Origin: an uncultured Planctomycetota bacterium
Lineage (GTDB): Bacteria > Planctomycetota > Planctomycetia > Isosphaerales > Isosphaeraceae
Assembly: GCA_963845755.1 (NCBI GenBank)
Contig: CAWJTV010000006.1
Coordinates: 32,001-96,000 of the forward strand
Reading direction: 5' to 3'
DNA length: 64,000 bases
Part shown: piece after piece, positions 32,547-43,090 of the stretch
Layout of the letters: each line of letters starts with the position of its first letter
How positions within the stretch are numbered: the stretch's first letter is position 1
Notes under the pieces: generated by a model
What the model was told of the DNA's origin: nothing
The model's input: only the letters and a program-made list of their open reading frames with translations
The model's database searches: none
Translations under genes and position numbers: made by a program

Positions 32547-33053
32547 TCAGGAAGCCGATTGGTCGATGCGATCCCAGGCATCGCGAGTGGCGACCTTGGC
32601 CTTGTCCCAGGTGAGTCTTGAACGAGACTTGCCCGACTCCCAGTCCCTTCGAAGCTGGGGCTCCGCTTCATCGAACGACAAGTCCGCATACTTGGCCCGG
32701 GATTCCCAACCGTGCTGGTAGGCCGGCCGGTATTCCTCGTAGGAAGCCGCCTTGTCGTAGTAGGGACGATGCGGATAGTTTTCTCGCCAGTAGGTGTCCT
32801 CGACGGTCGGATCGATCGACTCAGCGACGCCCTTGCCGGCCAGTCCGCCCGCCACCCCACCGATCACCGCGCCCGCGACGGCACCCACGGGTCCGGCCAT
32901 CGCGCCCCCCGCGGCCCCGGCCGCCGCGCCGGCTGCCGCCGCGCCCAGTCCGGCTCCCACCGGATGCGCACCCGGCTGGCCCGTGATGGGATCGGGATTG
33001 CTGTCAGTGCCCCGCGCACCCGAGTCGTCCCCGTTCTTTCTCTCTCGCGCCAT
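32547..33053 (-). CDS. conserved hypothetical glycine-zipper protein
   Basis: [17 protein letters not shown]...[25 protein letters not shown]. Confidence 0.8.
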   Translation of the reverse strand: MARERKNGDDSGARGTDSNPDPITGQPGAHPVGAGLGAAAAGAAAGAAGGAMAGPVGAVAGAVIGGVAGGLAGKGVAESIDPTVEDTYWRENYPHRPYYDKAASYEEYRPAYQHGWESRAKYADLSFDEAEPQLRRDWESGKSRSRLTWDKAKVATRDAWDRIDQSAS

Positions 33054-33103
33054 CGTAATCTCCTTGTTGAGAAAGTGTGAACATTTTCCAGGGAGGAGAG
33101 TTG

Positions 33104-33118
33104 GCAAACGCTGTGCCA
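33104..33118 (-). promoter_or_regulatory. sigma54 -24/-12 motif
   Basis: TGGCACAGCGTTTGC, full consensus match. Confidence 0.75.
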
Positions 33119-33177
33119 GGTCGTGGAACCACCTCGAGATCATCGGGATCGACGACCACACGAGAAACGGGCGCCCT

Positions 33178-33375
33178 TCGGCGATGGTCTCCTCCAGGAC
33201 CACTTTCGCGTATCCCAGGTCATCAGCCGCGATGCTGCCGGAGACGTTCGAGGTCATCCTGCACGTCGCCCCGCGGCCGAGGGCCTTCTCGGCGAATGGG
33301 CAGGCCCGGTTGCCGAAGACACTCTTCTCCTCGTCCGCCTCGATGATGGAGAAGTCGCCTTGGATGCGACGTTTC
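33178..33375 (-). pseudogene. methanogen output domain 1 (MetOD1)-like remnant
   Basis: [40 protein letters not shown]. Confidence 0.65.
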
Positions 33376-33503
33376 GGGTGACGGGCGGAAATGAGCCGAT
33401 GTGAGAGGTTGGCTACGGCTCGCGCACTCGGCATGCCATATGCGTCGCTTGTTCGAAGGTTTCCCATTCACAAGGATCGAACCGCGAACCGAGCGGCTAG
33501 GGG

Positions 33504-34919
33504 ATGACGATGTTGGGGAAAAGATTCCATACAGGATCGATCGTGGTCGTGATCGCGTGCCTTGCGATCGCGACGGAGAGGTCGGGGACCGCCCTCGGCC
33601 AGCAGGGGACAGCCACGAAGCGGGCGCGAACGAAACGGGCCCCTACGAGGAAGTCGGTCACCAAGTCTAAATCGCGACCGAAGACGGGAACCGAGGAGAA
33701 GTCCGTCGCCGACCGCATCGTGCTTCGCGACCGCAAGGAACTGTTCGGGCAGGTCGATGATTCCTCCACCGACACGGTCCTGACGGTCCTTGCCCGGCGG
33801 GAAATGGTCCGGAAGACGCTCCCCGACTGGTCGAAGAAGTGGGAGGACGCCGAGAGAGGGATGATCGTTGCCGCCCTGCGTCAACGTCGAGATCGGCTGG
33901 CGATCTGGAGACGAGAACGTCCCCCGCAGCCGGCGCCGGACGATCGAATTACCGCCTGGCTCGATCGCGAGCTGTCCGAGACCCCCGGATCAGTCGCCCC
34001 ATCGCCGCTCATCGCAATTCGGCTCGGCCGGAGCGACGTGTCGGCTGTGGAGCGTCGGAGCCAGTCGGCGGCTCAGGCCTTGAAGTCGGCCTGGCTGCTC
34101 GGGCTTGCCGAACCGGAATTGATGCCATCTGCTCGGCTGAAAGACTTGATAGCGGATCGTGGCTTCAGCCGCGAGGGTGACGAATCGATCGCGCTGGATC
34201 GCATGCTGCCGCCGACCTTGGAGCCCGAGGACCGTTGGCTCCTGCGTCGTGCCGCGACCGAGGTTCTCCACGATGAAAACCTCCGATATATCCGATTCGG
34301 CAGTTCTGTCCTGCCCGAACCGGTGCCGGGACAGCCCATCGATCCAGCGACGGCCGCCACGCTCGTTGAAGGTACGATCCGGGACGTGCTCGGAGTGGGG
34401 GCTGGTGATGCGTTGCCATTGCGGTTCCGCGCCGCCGCCGCTCGCGATCGAGTTGGCTTGGTGGTCACGAGCATCGAAATCGCGCCCGACCTCGGAAGCG
34501 CGGCTGCCGAATCGATTCTCTACTACCGCAGGGGAAGCGACTGGGGTCGGAGCATCTGGAGATCCCAAAGGCTCGAGGTCGGCGCCGTCCCGCCTGTGGT
34601 TGTCTCCCTCGTCGCCCATGATCCACAAGTCAAAGCCGTGATGAACCTGATCGATGCGATCGGAGCGGGGTTTGTGTCGCCCCAGATGAAGGAACGGGGC
34701 TTGATCGTGGGTGCGACGGTGGGCGGGGCTGTGGTGTTGGCCCGAACCGCCCTCGTTCGATCTCTGATGGGGCTTGCGTTCAATGTCGAAAGCAAGTCGC
34801 CCTGTCCTTGTACCTCAGCTTGGGCGCCCGAGCATAAAATGAATCATCGTCCCGTTAGAGCCCCTAAAAGAACGGGGACTAGCTCCGAGTCTTCGAGGTG
34901 CCCGTCCTGCTTTTCTTAG
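33504..34919 (+). CDS. secreted hypothetical protein
   Basis: 471 aa ORF, signal-peptide-like N-terminus. Confidence 0.7.
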   Translation: MTMLGKRFHTGSIVVVIACLAIATERSGTALGQQGTATKRARTKRAPTRKSVTKSKSRPKTGTEEKSVADRIVLRDRKELFGQVDDSSTDTVLTVLARREMVRKTLPDWSKKWEDAERGMIVAALRQRRDRLAIWRRERPPQPAPDDRITAWLDRELSETPGSVAPSPLIAIRLGRSDVSAVERRSQSAAQALKSAWLLGLAEPELMPSARLKDLIADRGFSREGDESIALDRMLPPTLEPEDRWLLRRAATEVLHDENLRYIRFGSSVLPEPVPGQPIDPATAATLVEGTIRDVLGVGAGDALPLRFRAAAARDRVGLVVTSIEIAPDLGSAAAESILYYRRGSDWGRSIWRSQRLEVGAVPPVVVSLVAHDPQVKAVMNLIDAIGAGFVSPQMKERGLIVGATVGGAVVLARTALVRSLMGLAFNVESKSPCPCTSAWAPEHKMNHRPVRAPKRTGTSSESSRCPSCFS

Positions 34920-35017
34920 GCGCCCCCCCATGAGGGCCGGCGATTGAGAACGGGAGTCCCTGGACTGATTCGGCGCGTTCGCATCTGCGGGCCCGACGCT
35001 TTCCAATTGCCTCCGGC

Positions 35018-35557
35018 TCAGCGGGCCGCCGCAGATGCCTTCGGAGCGGCCTTGCTCGCATCAGCCCCCCGTGCATGCTGCTCGACCACCCGGTTGAGTC
35101 CTTGCTGGAGGGCATCCCGGTGCGCCTGCTCCTCCAACAGGACGGCCGATAGGTCCTCGACACTCTCGGTGTCGCCCAAGGCCCCGAAGGCGTGGACCCA
35201 GGCGGCGTGCCAATGAACCGACTGGTCCTTGGCCGTCAGGTCCTGCCTCAATTGGTCCAGGGCATCGGAGCCCAGCTCCACAAGCTTATCCTTGAACTGG
35301 CCAAACGCCCGGCCGATCCCGCCGACCGCGGACGGCACCGGGGTATGGCCATACCGGGTGGCAATCGTCTCGATGATGGTCGCGTGGCGTTCGTCGGCTG
35401 CGGCGATCTCGTGGTAGAGCACGCTGAGCGCGGCATCCGGTGGGGAATCGGCCCTGGCCTCGGCACCAGCCGCCAGCGATCGCTCCGTGTCGATGCCCTT
35501 CACCAGTTCTGAGGCGATCCAGGCACGGTCGCTTGTGGCTTGAGCCATTGCTATCAT
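35018..35557 (-). CDS. ferritin-like helical protein
   Basis: Two D/E-E-x-(x)-H motifs (ADERH, EEQAH) in predicted helices. Confidence 0.6.
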   Translation of the reverse strand: MIAMAQATSDRAWIASELVKGIDTERSLAAGAEARADSPPDAALSVLYHEIAAADERHATIIETIATRYGHTPVPSAVGGIGRAFGQFKDKLVELGSDALDQLRQDLTAKDQSVHWHAAWVHAFGALGDTESVEDLSAVLLEEQAHRDALQQGLNRVVEQHARGADASKAAPKASAAAR

Positions 35558-35625
35558 ACACTCCCCGGGATAGACAGACGCCGACTGCTCCGAGAACCCC
35601 TTGATCACCCAGTGAGGGTTAGCTC

Positions 35626-35640
35626 GCAAAAGGGATACCA
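35626..35640 (-). promoter_or_regulatory. sigma54 -24/-12 motif
   Basis: TGGTATCCCTTTTGC. Confidence 0.65.
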
Positions 35641-35893
35641 TTTCCCGGTCGCCACCAGGTTTCTCGACGGAGTGTTCCGCAGCGGACACCCAGGCTTCAC
35701 CCTGGCGATCGAACTCAACCTCCGGGTGCGCGGACCCGTTCCCGGTCTCGGCTCTCGTCCCCGCCGCGCGCGACGTGATGGCGAACATCCAGGGGAGGAC
35801 CGATCCGGTTCCCGTACGATTCGTTCAGTCGCCCGGTCGCCCTCCGAAGGTTCCTGCGTCAAGTGATTGAGATTGACATGGCATGCAGCGTCC

Positions 35894-35908
35894 CGGCATG
35901 GGACTTGC
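35894..35908 (+). promoter_or_regulatory. sigma54 -24/-12 motif
   Basis: CGGCATGGGACTTGC. Confidence 0.65.
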
Positions 35909-35974
35909 CTCGTAGCAAAGCCCGGAGGATCCTCTACCCGATCCGCGCCGAGTCCTGACCCGGAGCCTTCATCG

Positions 35975-36412
35975 ATGGACAACTCGAATCGAACGACCCT
36001 GACGGCCGTCGATGTGATGACGGCCAACCCGCGCACCTGCTCCGCCTACAGTACGATCCTGGAGGCCAGCGTACTTTTCCAGGACGCCGACTGCGGCGCC
36101 GTGCCCGTCGTCGACGGAGGTCGGCCGATCGGAATGCTGACCGACCGTGACGTGGCCTTGGCCGTGGCCAACAACCCGGACCTGGCCAATCGGCCCGTGG
36201 CCGACTTCATGAGCAAGGATGTCATCTCGGTCGAGCCGGACGCCTCGATCGAGGAGGTCGCAACGATCTTTGGTCAGCACGGGGTCCACCGCCTGCTGGT
36301 CATCGACGCTGCCGGTCAGCTCCAGGGCATCGTTGCCTGGGGCGACTTGGCCCCCCACATGTCCCAGGCGAGACTCGGCCGCCTCGTGGATGAGGTGAGC
36401 GAAGGGACGTGA
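35975..36412 (+). CDS. CBS-domain protein
   Basis: DVMTANP, CGAVPVVD..IGMLTDRDV, HRLLVID..GIV. Confidence 0.9.
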   Translation: MDNSNRTTLTAVDVMTANPRTCSAYSTILEASVLFQDADCGAVPVVDGGRPIGMLTDRDVALAVANNPDLANRPVADFMSKDVISVEPDASIEEVATIFGQHGVHRLLVIDAAGQLQGIVAWGDLAPHMSQARLGRLVDEVSEGT

Positions 36413-36485
36413 ACTCCGGCGATGTCAGGGACGATTCCTCGGCGCCGCCCGGGCGGCGACACGCCCGGGATGTCTGGCCCCTATC

Positions 36486-38324
36486 TTATGCGGGCAGGGC
36501 CTGCGCCACGGCATCCTTTTTCTGATCCGAAAGCACCGCGCTCAGGATGCGGGCCTGCGCGTCGGCCAGCGTGAAGACGACGCGCGAAGCCCCGATACTC
36601 ACCAGCTGCTCGGCGGCGCTGGCGGCGCCGTCGTCCTGACCCCACCGGCCCACAACGATCGGCAGTTCGGCGAACTGGGCTCGCAGTCGCCGGACCAGAT
36701 AACGGGCCAAGGTCAATCCCTCCGGCGGGAGGTGGGAGATGACGACGAGCGTGGGAGCCTGCTCGACCACCCACTCGATGACCTGCAAGGACGAGTCGGT
36801 GTCCGCGATCAGCTCCATGCTGCAACCCGCGGGGGCCAGGAGCTGCCCCAGCATCCGCAGCACCAGCGCGTCGGACGTGTCGTCCGCCACCAGGCCCACG
36901 ATCGGCATCGGCACGGCGGCCGGTTCCCGATCATCCGATCCGGTCCCCCCATCGGCCGAAAGGGCCAGGGACGCCAGGCTGAAATCGGGTGTCCCTTCCA
37001 GTCCGTCCAGGATCTCGCCAACCACTCCCCAAACGAACGCCTGCATCGTCTCATCCAGCTCGTCGCGTTCCGCTCGGGATAAGGCCGGCACCAGCACGTC
37101 ATCGAAGACCTCGACGCGCGGTCGCTTCTTGAGCTGCGCCTCGACCACTTCGATGGCTCCCTCCCGGTCCAGCGCCACGAGCCGTTGGTAGAATCGCACG
37201 TTCGGCTCGAGCTCGGCATCCTCGCGGAGCAGGATCCCGAAGAACCACATGGCGGGTACATATTTTCCCAACACGGCCAGACAGACCGTCAAGGGGGTCG
37301 ACAGGAGCAGACCCAAGGTCCCCCACAGCCAGGTCCAGAACATGGCGGCGACGAGCAGGCCCAGGGCCGAGATCCCGGTCGTCTTGCCGTAGATGACCGG
37401 CTCCAGGAAGCTGGTGAGTACCGCCTCGACCACCCCGAAGAGGGCGACGACTTCCAGCGGCTTCGCCCAGCCCGGGAATTGTGCGAAGGAAAAGACCAGC
37501 GGCAAGATGAACGCCACCGCCGGCCCAACGTAGGGGATGAACCGCAACATCGCTGCCAGACAACCCCAGAGCACTGCAAAGGGCACGCCGATCAGCCCCA
37601 GCCCCGCCCCAATGACTAGCCCGAAGCCCGAATTGACCAACGCGAAGGTCGCCAGATAGCGGCTGATCCGCTGGCCGATCTCCTGCATCGTCCGGGTCGT
37701 CAGGCTGACCTGGCGGTGCCCGAAAAGCCCGACGATCCGGTCGCTGAGCTCCTCGCGGCCCATGAGCAGGAACAAGACCAGGATGAGCACGAAGCTGCCG
37801 ACCCCGAGGAATTCCAGATAGGGACCCGTGGCCCCCCGGAGCTGCTCCTGGATGGACGGCCGGTCGATCACCTCAACTTTCTGAATCGGCGTCTCCCCCC
37901 CCGGCTGGGGAGCGGGCGGCTTCTCCATCTTGGCCGTCACACGATCGGCCAGATCCTTCAGCCGGTTGGCCGCCGTCTGCTCCCCCGGTTTGATCACCCG
38001 GTTGAGCTTGACCTCGATGTTCTCCTGGTAATCGGGCAGGCGGATGGCCAATGAGGTCAATTGTTGCGCGACGACGTAGCCGATACCGCCCAGGAGACCC
38101 AGGCTGAGGACGACCGTCAGGACGACCGCTGCAACCCGGGGCAAGCCGAATCGCTCCCCGAGGCGAGCCGCCGGTGCCAGGGCGAAGCTCAGGAGCACCG
38201 AAAGCGCCAGCGGTTTGAGGACCTCGCCCGTGAAGTACAGGAAGGCGATGGTGGCGAAGATCAGCAGCGTCATCTGGAACGGGTCAGTCCGCAGGGAATT
38301 TGAAGTCTTGGAGGGCGCGGTCAC
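36486..38324 (-). CDS. AI-2E family transporter with C-terminal cytoplasmic domain
   Basis: PLALSVLLSFALAP, LRFIPYVGP, LEPVIYG, GLLLSTPLTVC; GTG start after GAGG. Confidence 0.9.
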   Translation of the reverse strand: MTAPSKTSNSLRTDPFQMTLLIFATIAFLYFTGEVLKPLALSVLLSFALAPAARLGERFGLPRVAAVVLTVVLSLGLLGGIGYVVAQQLTSLAIRLPDYQENIEVKLNRVIKPGEQTAANRLKDLADRVTAKMEKPPAPQPGGETPIQKVEVIDRPSIQEQLRGATGPYLEFLGVGSFVLILVLFLLMGREELSDRIVGLFGHRQVSLTTRTMQEIGQRISRYLATFALVNSGFGLVIGAGLGLIGVPFAVLWGCLAAMLRFIPYVGPAVAFILPLVFSFAQFPGWAKPLEVVALFGVVEAVLTSFLEPVIYGKTTGISALGLLVAAMFWTWLWGTLGLLLSTPLTVCLAVLGKYVPAMWFFGILLREDAELEPNVRFYQRLVALDREGAIEVVEAQLKKRPRVEVFDDVLVPALSRAERDELDETMQAFVWGVVGEILDGLEGTPDFSLASLALSADGGTGSDDREPAAVPMPIVGLVADDTSDALVLRMLGQLLAPAGCSMELIADTDSSLQVIEWVVEQAPTLVVISHLPPEGLTLARYLVRRLRAQFAELPIVVGRWGQDDGAASAAEQLVSIGASRVVFTLADAQARILSAVLSDQKKDAVAQALPA

Positions 38325-38407
38325 AGCAGTGTACCTCGTGGTCGCTCGGGCGGCTGGAGAGAGACGGATCGATGCAGGGCGAGCCAAATGCACGTCGATC
38401 AGGACAA

Positions 38408-38422
38408 GCGATCCCCGTGCCG
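38408..38422 (-). promoter_or_regulatory. sigma54 -24/-12 motif (variant)
   Basis: CGGCACGGGGATCGC. Confidence 0.5.
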
Positions 38423-38646
38423 TTGCCTGATCGGGGGCGCACTTTCCCGGCGGCCGAGGGCCGCATGGGGATGCCGCAGGCCGAGCCGGCGAGATAATAC
38501 GAACCCGAGACCATCCACGACGATCCAAACTCCGGACTTCCCCGCGGATGGCGAGCGAGTGGTCAAGGGTGACGTCGTGTGCTCGAAGTCGGCCGGGGAC
38601 AGGTAGACCGGGGCCGAGTGTTGTCGCTCGCTGATCGTCGATGGGT

Positions 38647-39072
38647 TCACCGAGCGGCGACACCCTTTTTGCTGAGACGCTCTCCCGTGAAGGCGAAGCT
38701 CCCCGAGGTCCACGTGTAAGTCCAGTGAACATCCCCGCGGATCGTGTCGCCTTCGGGTTTTCCCTTGTACGTGAGCTTGTATCCGGAACCGGCGAATGTC
38801 CCGTCAACCGCGACGCTCAAGATCCCGCGGTCGAACACGACGCTCCTGGCCGCCCGCGTCACGCCGTCGGTCTTGTAGGTCGCTCTCAGGGCCTGACCTT
38901 CCCGGATCACGTTAACAACGCAGTCGCGCGATTTCCCGTCCGGGCACACGCACGTCACTTTCCATCGGCCGACCGCGTCTTCCGGGGGTGCGGCTTCGCA
39001 GGCCGGAACGAAAGAACAGGCCGCCATCAAGACGACGGCGCAGCCGCCGGTGTTACGCGTCAAATCCAGCAT
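38647..39072 (-). CDS. secreted beta-rich hypothetical protein
   Basis: Signal-like N-terminus, DAVGRWKV, LTYKGK..GDTIRG; GAGGAG RBS. Confidence 0.7.
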   Translation of the reverse strand: MLDLTRNTGGCAVVLMAACSFVPACEAAPPEDAVGRWKVTCVCPDGKSRDCVVNVIREGQALRATYKTDGVTRAARSVVFDRGILSVAVDGTFAGSGYKLTYKGKPEGDTIRGDVHWTYTWTSGSFAFTGERLSKKGVAAR

Positions 39073-39168
39073 CGCTGGTGCTCCTCATCTCTTAAGGGCG
39101 GTTGCCCTTCGCTGTTCCTGCGTGTCGCCGTGGCAACTCCTCAGCCGCGGTCGCCGCATCGGTAGAGA

Positions 39169-39183
39169 GCAAGTGCCGTACCG
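39169..39183 (-). promoter_or_regulatory. sigma54 -24/-12 motif
   Basis: CGGTACGGCACTTGC. Confidence 0.65.
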
Positions 39184-39272
39184 GAGGAGGACGAAGAGTG
39201 CCCCGCCACTCTCCGGTGGCGGAGCAACTCTACCTCCAAGCTCGCGCGAGCTTGGTCAAGGCCGCGCGTTCG

Positions 39273-39542
39273 TCAGTCCGATCCGTGCTGCTTGACGAGT
39301 TTGTTGTAGAGGCCAAGGAGCAAGATCGTCGGCACCCAGTGGCCGACGAACTGGGCACCTTTGTCGTTGCCCGTGAATTTCAGGGCGGCCGAGAGCCCGA
39401 TGGCGCCGATCGCCAGGCCCAGGTAAGTCCCGGAAGGGACCGCGCTCGTATATTCCTCGATGGCCTTCGTGATCGTGCCTTCCCTGTGCTCATGCGGGGC
39501 GACGCCCCGGTCCGGGCGATCGATCTTGGCTGTCTGCGTCAT
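39273..39542 (-). CDS. small membrane hypothetical protein
   Basis: EGTITKAIEEYT..FVGHWVPTILLLGLYNKLVK; AGGAG RBS. Confidence 0.75.
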   Translation of the reverse strand: MTQTAKIDRPDRGVAPHEHREGTITKAIEEYTSAVPSGTYLGLAIGAIGLSAALKFTGNDKGAQFVGHWVPTILLLGLYNKLVKQHGSD

Positions 39543-39650
39543 GTCGGTACTCCTGGGTATCCCCTGATAGGTGTGCAAGACCGCGAGCAGGCGGAAACGC
39601 AATCCGATTCCGCTCACGGCTCGGTTGAAACGATGGAACCATGATTTCTG

Positions 39651-39665
39651 GCAAACTCCGTACCG
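39651..39665 (-). promoter_or_regulatory. sigma54 -24/-12 motif
   Basis: CGGTACGGAGTTTGC with upstream AT-rich tract. Confidence 0.7.
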
Positions 39666-39821
39666 CCACCATCGAAATTGCTTGAGTGTTTTATATAATA
39701 TGAAATATATGAACTTTTAGATTATGCGTTTTTTCAATCGCAAATGCCGTCGGCGTAACGGCATGAGCCGAGGATGGAGCCACGAGGATGTCAGTGTCAC
39801 CGGGGGAAAGGGCGACGGATC

Positions 39822-39988
39822 CTCCCCTTCTCCCCGCCGGGGAGAAGGTGTCCGAAGGGCGGATGAGGGGGTCGCCCGATCGGTATCGACCGCCTGCGCA
39901 ACCCGGGTGTTTGCCGCTCTAGCCATGGAGGTTGGCGCCTATAGAGCACCCTACGGACCGTGTGCAACTCGACCGTGAAGCGCCCTAG
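39822..39988. repeat. REP-like hairpin pair followed by IS630-type MITE ends
   Basis: CCTTCTCCCCGCCGGGGAGAAGG..GGATGAGGGGG; ends ...CCGCTCTAG (39922) and ...GCGCCCTAG (39988). Confidence 0.7.
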
Positions 39989-40047
39989 AAGGCCGACGGC
40001 GTAATGCGACGAATATGTTTTATATATTTTGATATAAATATATTAAC

Positions 40048-42768
40048 TCAATCCCTTGTAGGACTTCGTGGCAGCTCCACTCGGTCCCAATAATCGGCGG
40101 GCGGAGGCCTGGTCGGCATGGGGATCGACCGCCGACGCCCAGGGCGGAGGCGGTTTATCAGCAAGTGACCGCAAGGGACCAGCAGGGGGCGGACGAGTAG
40201 AGCGTCGATCGTGATTCCGACGACCAGCGCGAAGCCGAGTTGGCGAAGCGACGCGAGCGGGCTGAACAAGAACGACGCGAAACTACACGCGGTGATCGCC
40301 GCGGCCGAGGTGATCAGCCCGCCGGTCTGGCCGACCGCGCGGGTGAGCCTCGCATGGAGGTCCCGCAGGTGCGACTCCTCGCGGACGCGGGCCATCAGGA
40401 ACACGTTGTAATCCACGCCGACCGCCACCAGGAGGACGAACGTGAAGTAGGGCACTTTCCAGTCGATCCCGGCGGCGCCCAAGATCGAGACGAACAGGAG
40501 ATGCGTCGCCCCCAGGGCGAAGGCGTAAGTCAGGACCATCGTGGCGACCAGATTGAGGCAAGCCAGGGGATCGCGAAGGGTCAGGATGAGGACGAAGAAG
40601 ACACCGATCGGCACCACATACCAGCTCTGGACCTGGTCCGCGTGGATCAGGCCCCGGATGTCGGCCGACTCGGAGTTCTCTCCGGTAAGCCGGGCCGTCA
40701 CGCGCAGGCCCTCGACGTCGCCGAGGAACTCGTTGGTGCGGCGCCGGATGGTCTCCACTTGATCCATGGCGGCGGCCGAGTAGATCCGGTCGGCCTGGAT
40801 CAGGTCAATCCGCGAGCGTAGGCCGTCGGGTGTGATGTAGGCGGCGAAGCTTCGGCACAGCTCGGGATGCTCGCGAACGGTTTCCGGGGTGATCAGGAGC
40901 CGGTCCAGGGCCCGGCGACCGACAGGATCCCCGAGGATCGAGGAGACCTCGTGGCGTGCGTGTGCGGCCCCCGCGGCGAGTTGCCCTGCGCCGGCGGCGG
41001 CGCGGGTCAATTCGAGGAGCATGACGGCGCGCGGGTCGTTCGCTCGGTCCCGGCCCTCCGATTGGGCCGCCTGCGGGCCCGCCGGTCTGGCCGACACGCC
41101 AGGCGGGGCCAGCAGGGGCACCTCCGCCTGCTTCGGATTCGCCGGGAGAACCTCGCGTCTCGCGACAGACCCGCCAGTCAGCAGCCCCCGGATCCGTGCC
41201 TCAATCCAGAGCACCGCGCGGAGTTTGGCCGCCCCCTCGTTCAACCCGTCCTGGAGTTGGCGCGAACCGGACTCCATCCGTGCATAGCCCGCGTTCACCG
41301 CGCGGAGCCGCTCCGAGAGTCTCGCGGGATCCAGGGCCCTGGTGGTCCCGAGCGGCTGCGTCGCCGACCGTACTTCCCGGAGCCGGGGCTGTCGGGCCAA
41401 GAACCGGCTGACGTCATCGATGAGCGCCAGGCCCTCCGAGCTTCTCAGGTCGGAGTCCGAATCCAGCACCAGGGTTAGCGGTGATAGCGCCCCCACATCG
41501 AAAAGGGTGGCGAGCCAACGGAGATTCCTTACCGAACTCGTACTTCCCGGCATCTCCGTCATCACATCCTGGACGAAGCCCGATTTGAAACCCAGGACCG
41601 CCAAGGGTGTCATCACCAGGACGGTGGCCAGCCAGGTCGCGATCGGACGCCTTAGCGATGCGCGGGCGACGCGCTCCCACACCCCCAACGAGGGGGCTGT
41701 CAGGCCCGCGAAGGCAGCGGGACGGTGTCGAGCCAGGATGATCAGCAGCGCGGGCGTCATCGTCAGGGACGCCGCGAGGGTGACCGCCAGTCCCAGCGCG
41801 ACGCTCGGGCCGGTGCTCGAGAATAGCTTGAACTGCGTCGTCCCCATCAGCGACAGCCCGACGATCACCGTCCCGGCGCTGGTCAAGAGCGCAGGCGACG
41901 AACGTTCGAGGGCAACCCGCATCGCGCGGGCGGGGTCTCTGGCGTCCCAATGCTCGCCGAAACGCCACGAGACGAACAGACAGAAATCCGTCCCGCTGCC
42001 GAACAGGAGTGCCACCAGGAATAGCTCGACGAGCGGCGAGAGTTCCCACCCGGCCAGGTTCATCCAGGCCAGGATGCTCCGAGAAATTACCAGGCTGGTA
42101 CCGATCGTCGCCAGAGGGATGAGAGCGAGCCAGGCGGAGCGGTAGACGGCGAGCAGGACGCCGAGGAGCAGCACGACGGTCGCCACTGCGGCGCGGTTGA
42201 GCGAGGCCTGGACGCCGGCCATGTAATCGCGCCCGATCATGGCGTCGCCCGTCCAGCGCACTTCCAGCCCCTCCGGCAGCACGAGCCGGTCTGCTCGGGC
42301 CTGTGCCTGGAGCCAGGCGACCGCTTCGTGGGTCACCGGAGCGACGATCGACGTGGACAGCTCCACCACGACGAGCGCGGCCGCCCCGTCCTTGCTGAGA
42401 AGCCGCCCGGCGACGTCCGGTGGCGAGTCCGGCCCGAGTACGCGTAGTACGGCCTTCGGACGACCTTGCACCTCGATCCGCTCCATCAGGCGTCTCGCAT
42501 AGCTGATGTCGGTCTCCACCAGACCGCCCGTCCGATGAAGGGCGGCGACCGCGAGCGACTCATAGGCCTGGTCGGGCCACGCCAGGCGCAATGCCTCGCC
42601 GGCGCGGAGGCTCTCGGCGTCCCTCCCCAGAAGATTCCCCTGACCCTCGGCCGCGAGCCTCGTCAGGTCGGGGGCGCAAAGGCCCACCCCGACGGCGGAC
42701 GCGACCCAGAGCGCGACGACCCAGCCGGGTCGGCTTGTCACCAGAAACCGCAGGAACACCAACGGCAT
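40048..42768 (-). CDS. MMPL family transporter
   Basis: FGSGTDFCLFVSWRF, AVGVDYNVFLMARVREE, GGLITSAA, DALLVRPLLVP. Confidence 0.93.
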   Translation of the reverse strand: MPLVFLRFLVTSRPGWVVALWVASAVGVGLCAPDLTRLAAEGQGNLLGRDAESLRAGEALRLAWPDQAYESLAVAALHRTGGLVETDISYARRLMERIEVQGRPKAVLRVLGPDSPPDVAGRLLSKDGAAALVVVELSTSIVAPVTHEAVAWLQAQARADRLVLPEGLEVRWTGDAMIGRDYMAGVQASLNRAAVATVVLLLGVLLAVYRSAWLALIPLATIGTSLVISRSILAWMNLAGWELSPLVELFLVALLFGSGTDFCLFVSWRFGEHWDARDPARAMRVALERSSPALLTSAGTVIVGLSLMGTTQFKLFSSTGPSVALGLAVTLAASLTMTPALLIILARHRPAAFAGLTAPSLGVWERVARASLRRPIATWLATVLVMTPLAVLGFKSGFVQDVMTEMPGSTSSVRNLRWLATLFDVGALSPLTLVLDSDSDLRSSEGLALIDDVSRFLARQPRLREVRSATQPLGTTRALDPARLSERLRAVNAGYARMESGSRQLQDGLNEGAAKLRAVLWIEARIRGLLTGGSVARREVLPANPKQAEVPLLAPPGVSARPAGPQAAQSEGRDRANDPRAVMLLELTRAAAGAGQLAAGAAHARHEVSSILGDPVGRRALDRLLITPETVREHPELCRSFAAYITPDGLRSRIDLIQADRIYSAAAMDQVETIRRRTNEFLGDVEGLRVTARLTGENSESADIRGLIHADQVQSWYVVPIGVFFVLILTLRDPLACLNLVATMVLTYAFALGATHLLFVSILGAAGIDWKVPYFTFVLLVAVGVDYNVFLMARVREESHLRDLHARLTRAVGQTGGLITSAAAITACSFASFLFSPLASLRQLGFALVVGITIDALLVRPLLVPCGHLLINRLRPGRRRSIPMPTRPPPADYWDRVELPRSPTRD

Positions 42769-43090
42769 GAACGGGAACTCCACCGACCGGGAGTCGCCAC
42801 CCGATCGCGTCGGATCGGAGAGGGAGTAGAGGGTCAGGCCGACAGGCGGTCGAGATGTCCCGGAGTCGCGGCTGCTCGAGAACGTCGGTCGGGCTCGTAT
42901 TCTCTCGCATTTAATAAACAAACAATCACATTAATAATAAGTTTTATTTATTATAATTTGTATAATACAGAAGATTCTTTGGAACCGGATTTCCTTCCCG
43001 TTTCGGCCGGGATCTTGTCGTGATAGCCCGATGTTCTCCGGGGGCAGGGCCTGAGGCTCGCACCTCCCGGAGTCCATCGGGTCCCGAGCT

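Noticed and set aside
32547..33467. 306-aa MetOD1 fusion protein
   Set aside because: A sigma54 motif and RBS lie between the parts; an upstream remnant is in frame by chance.
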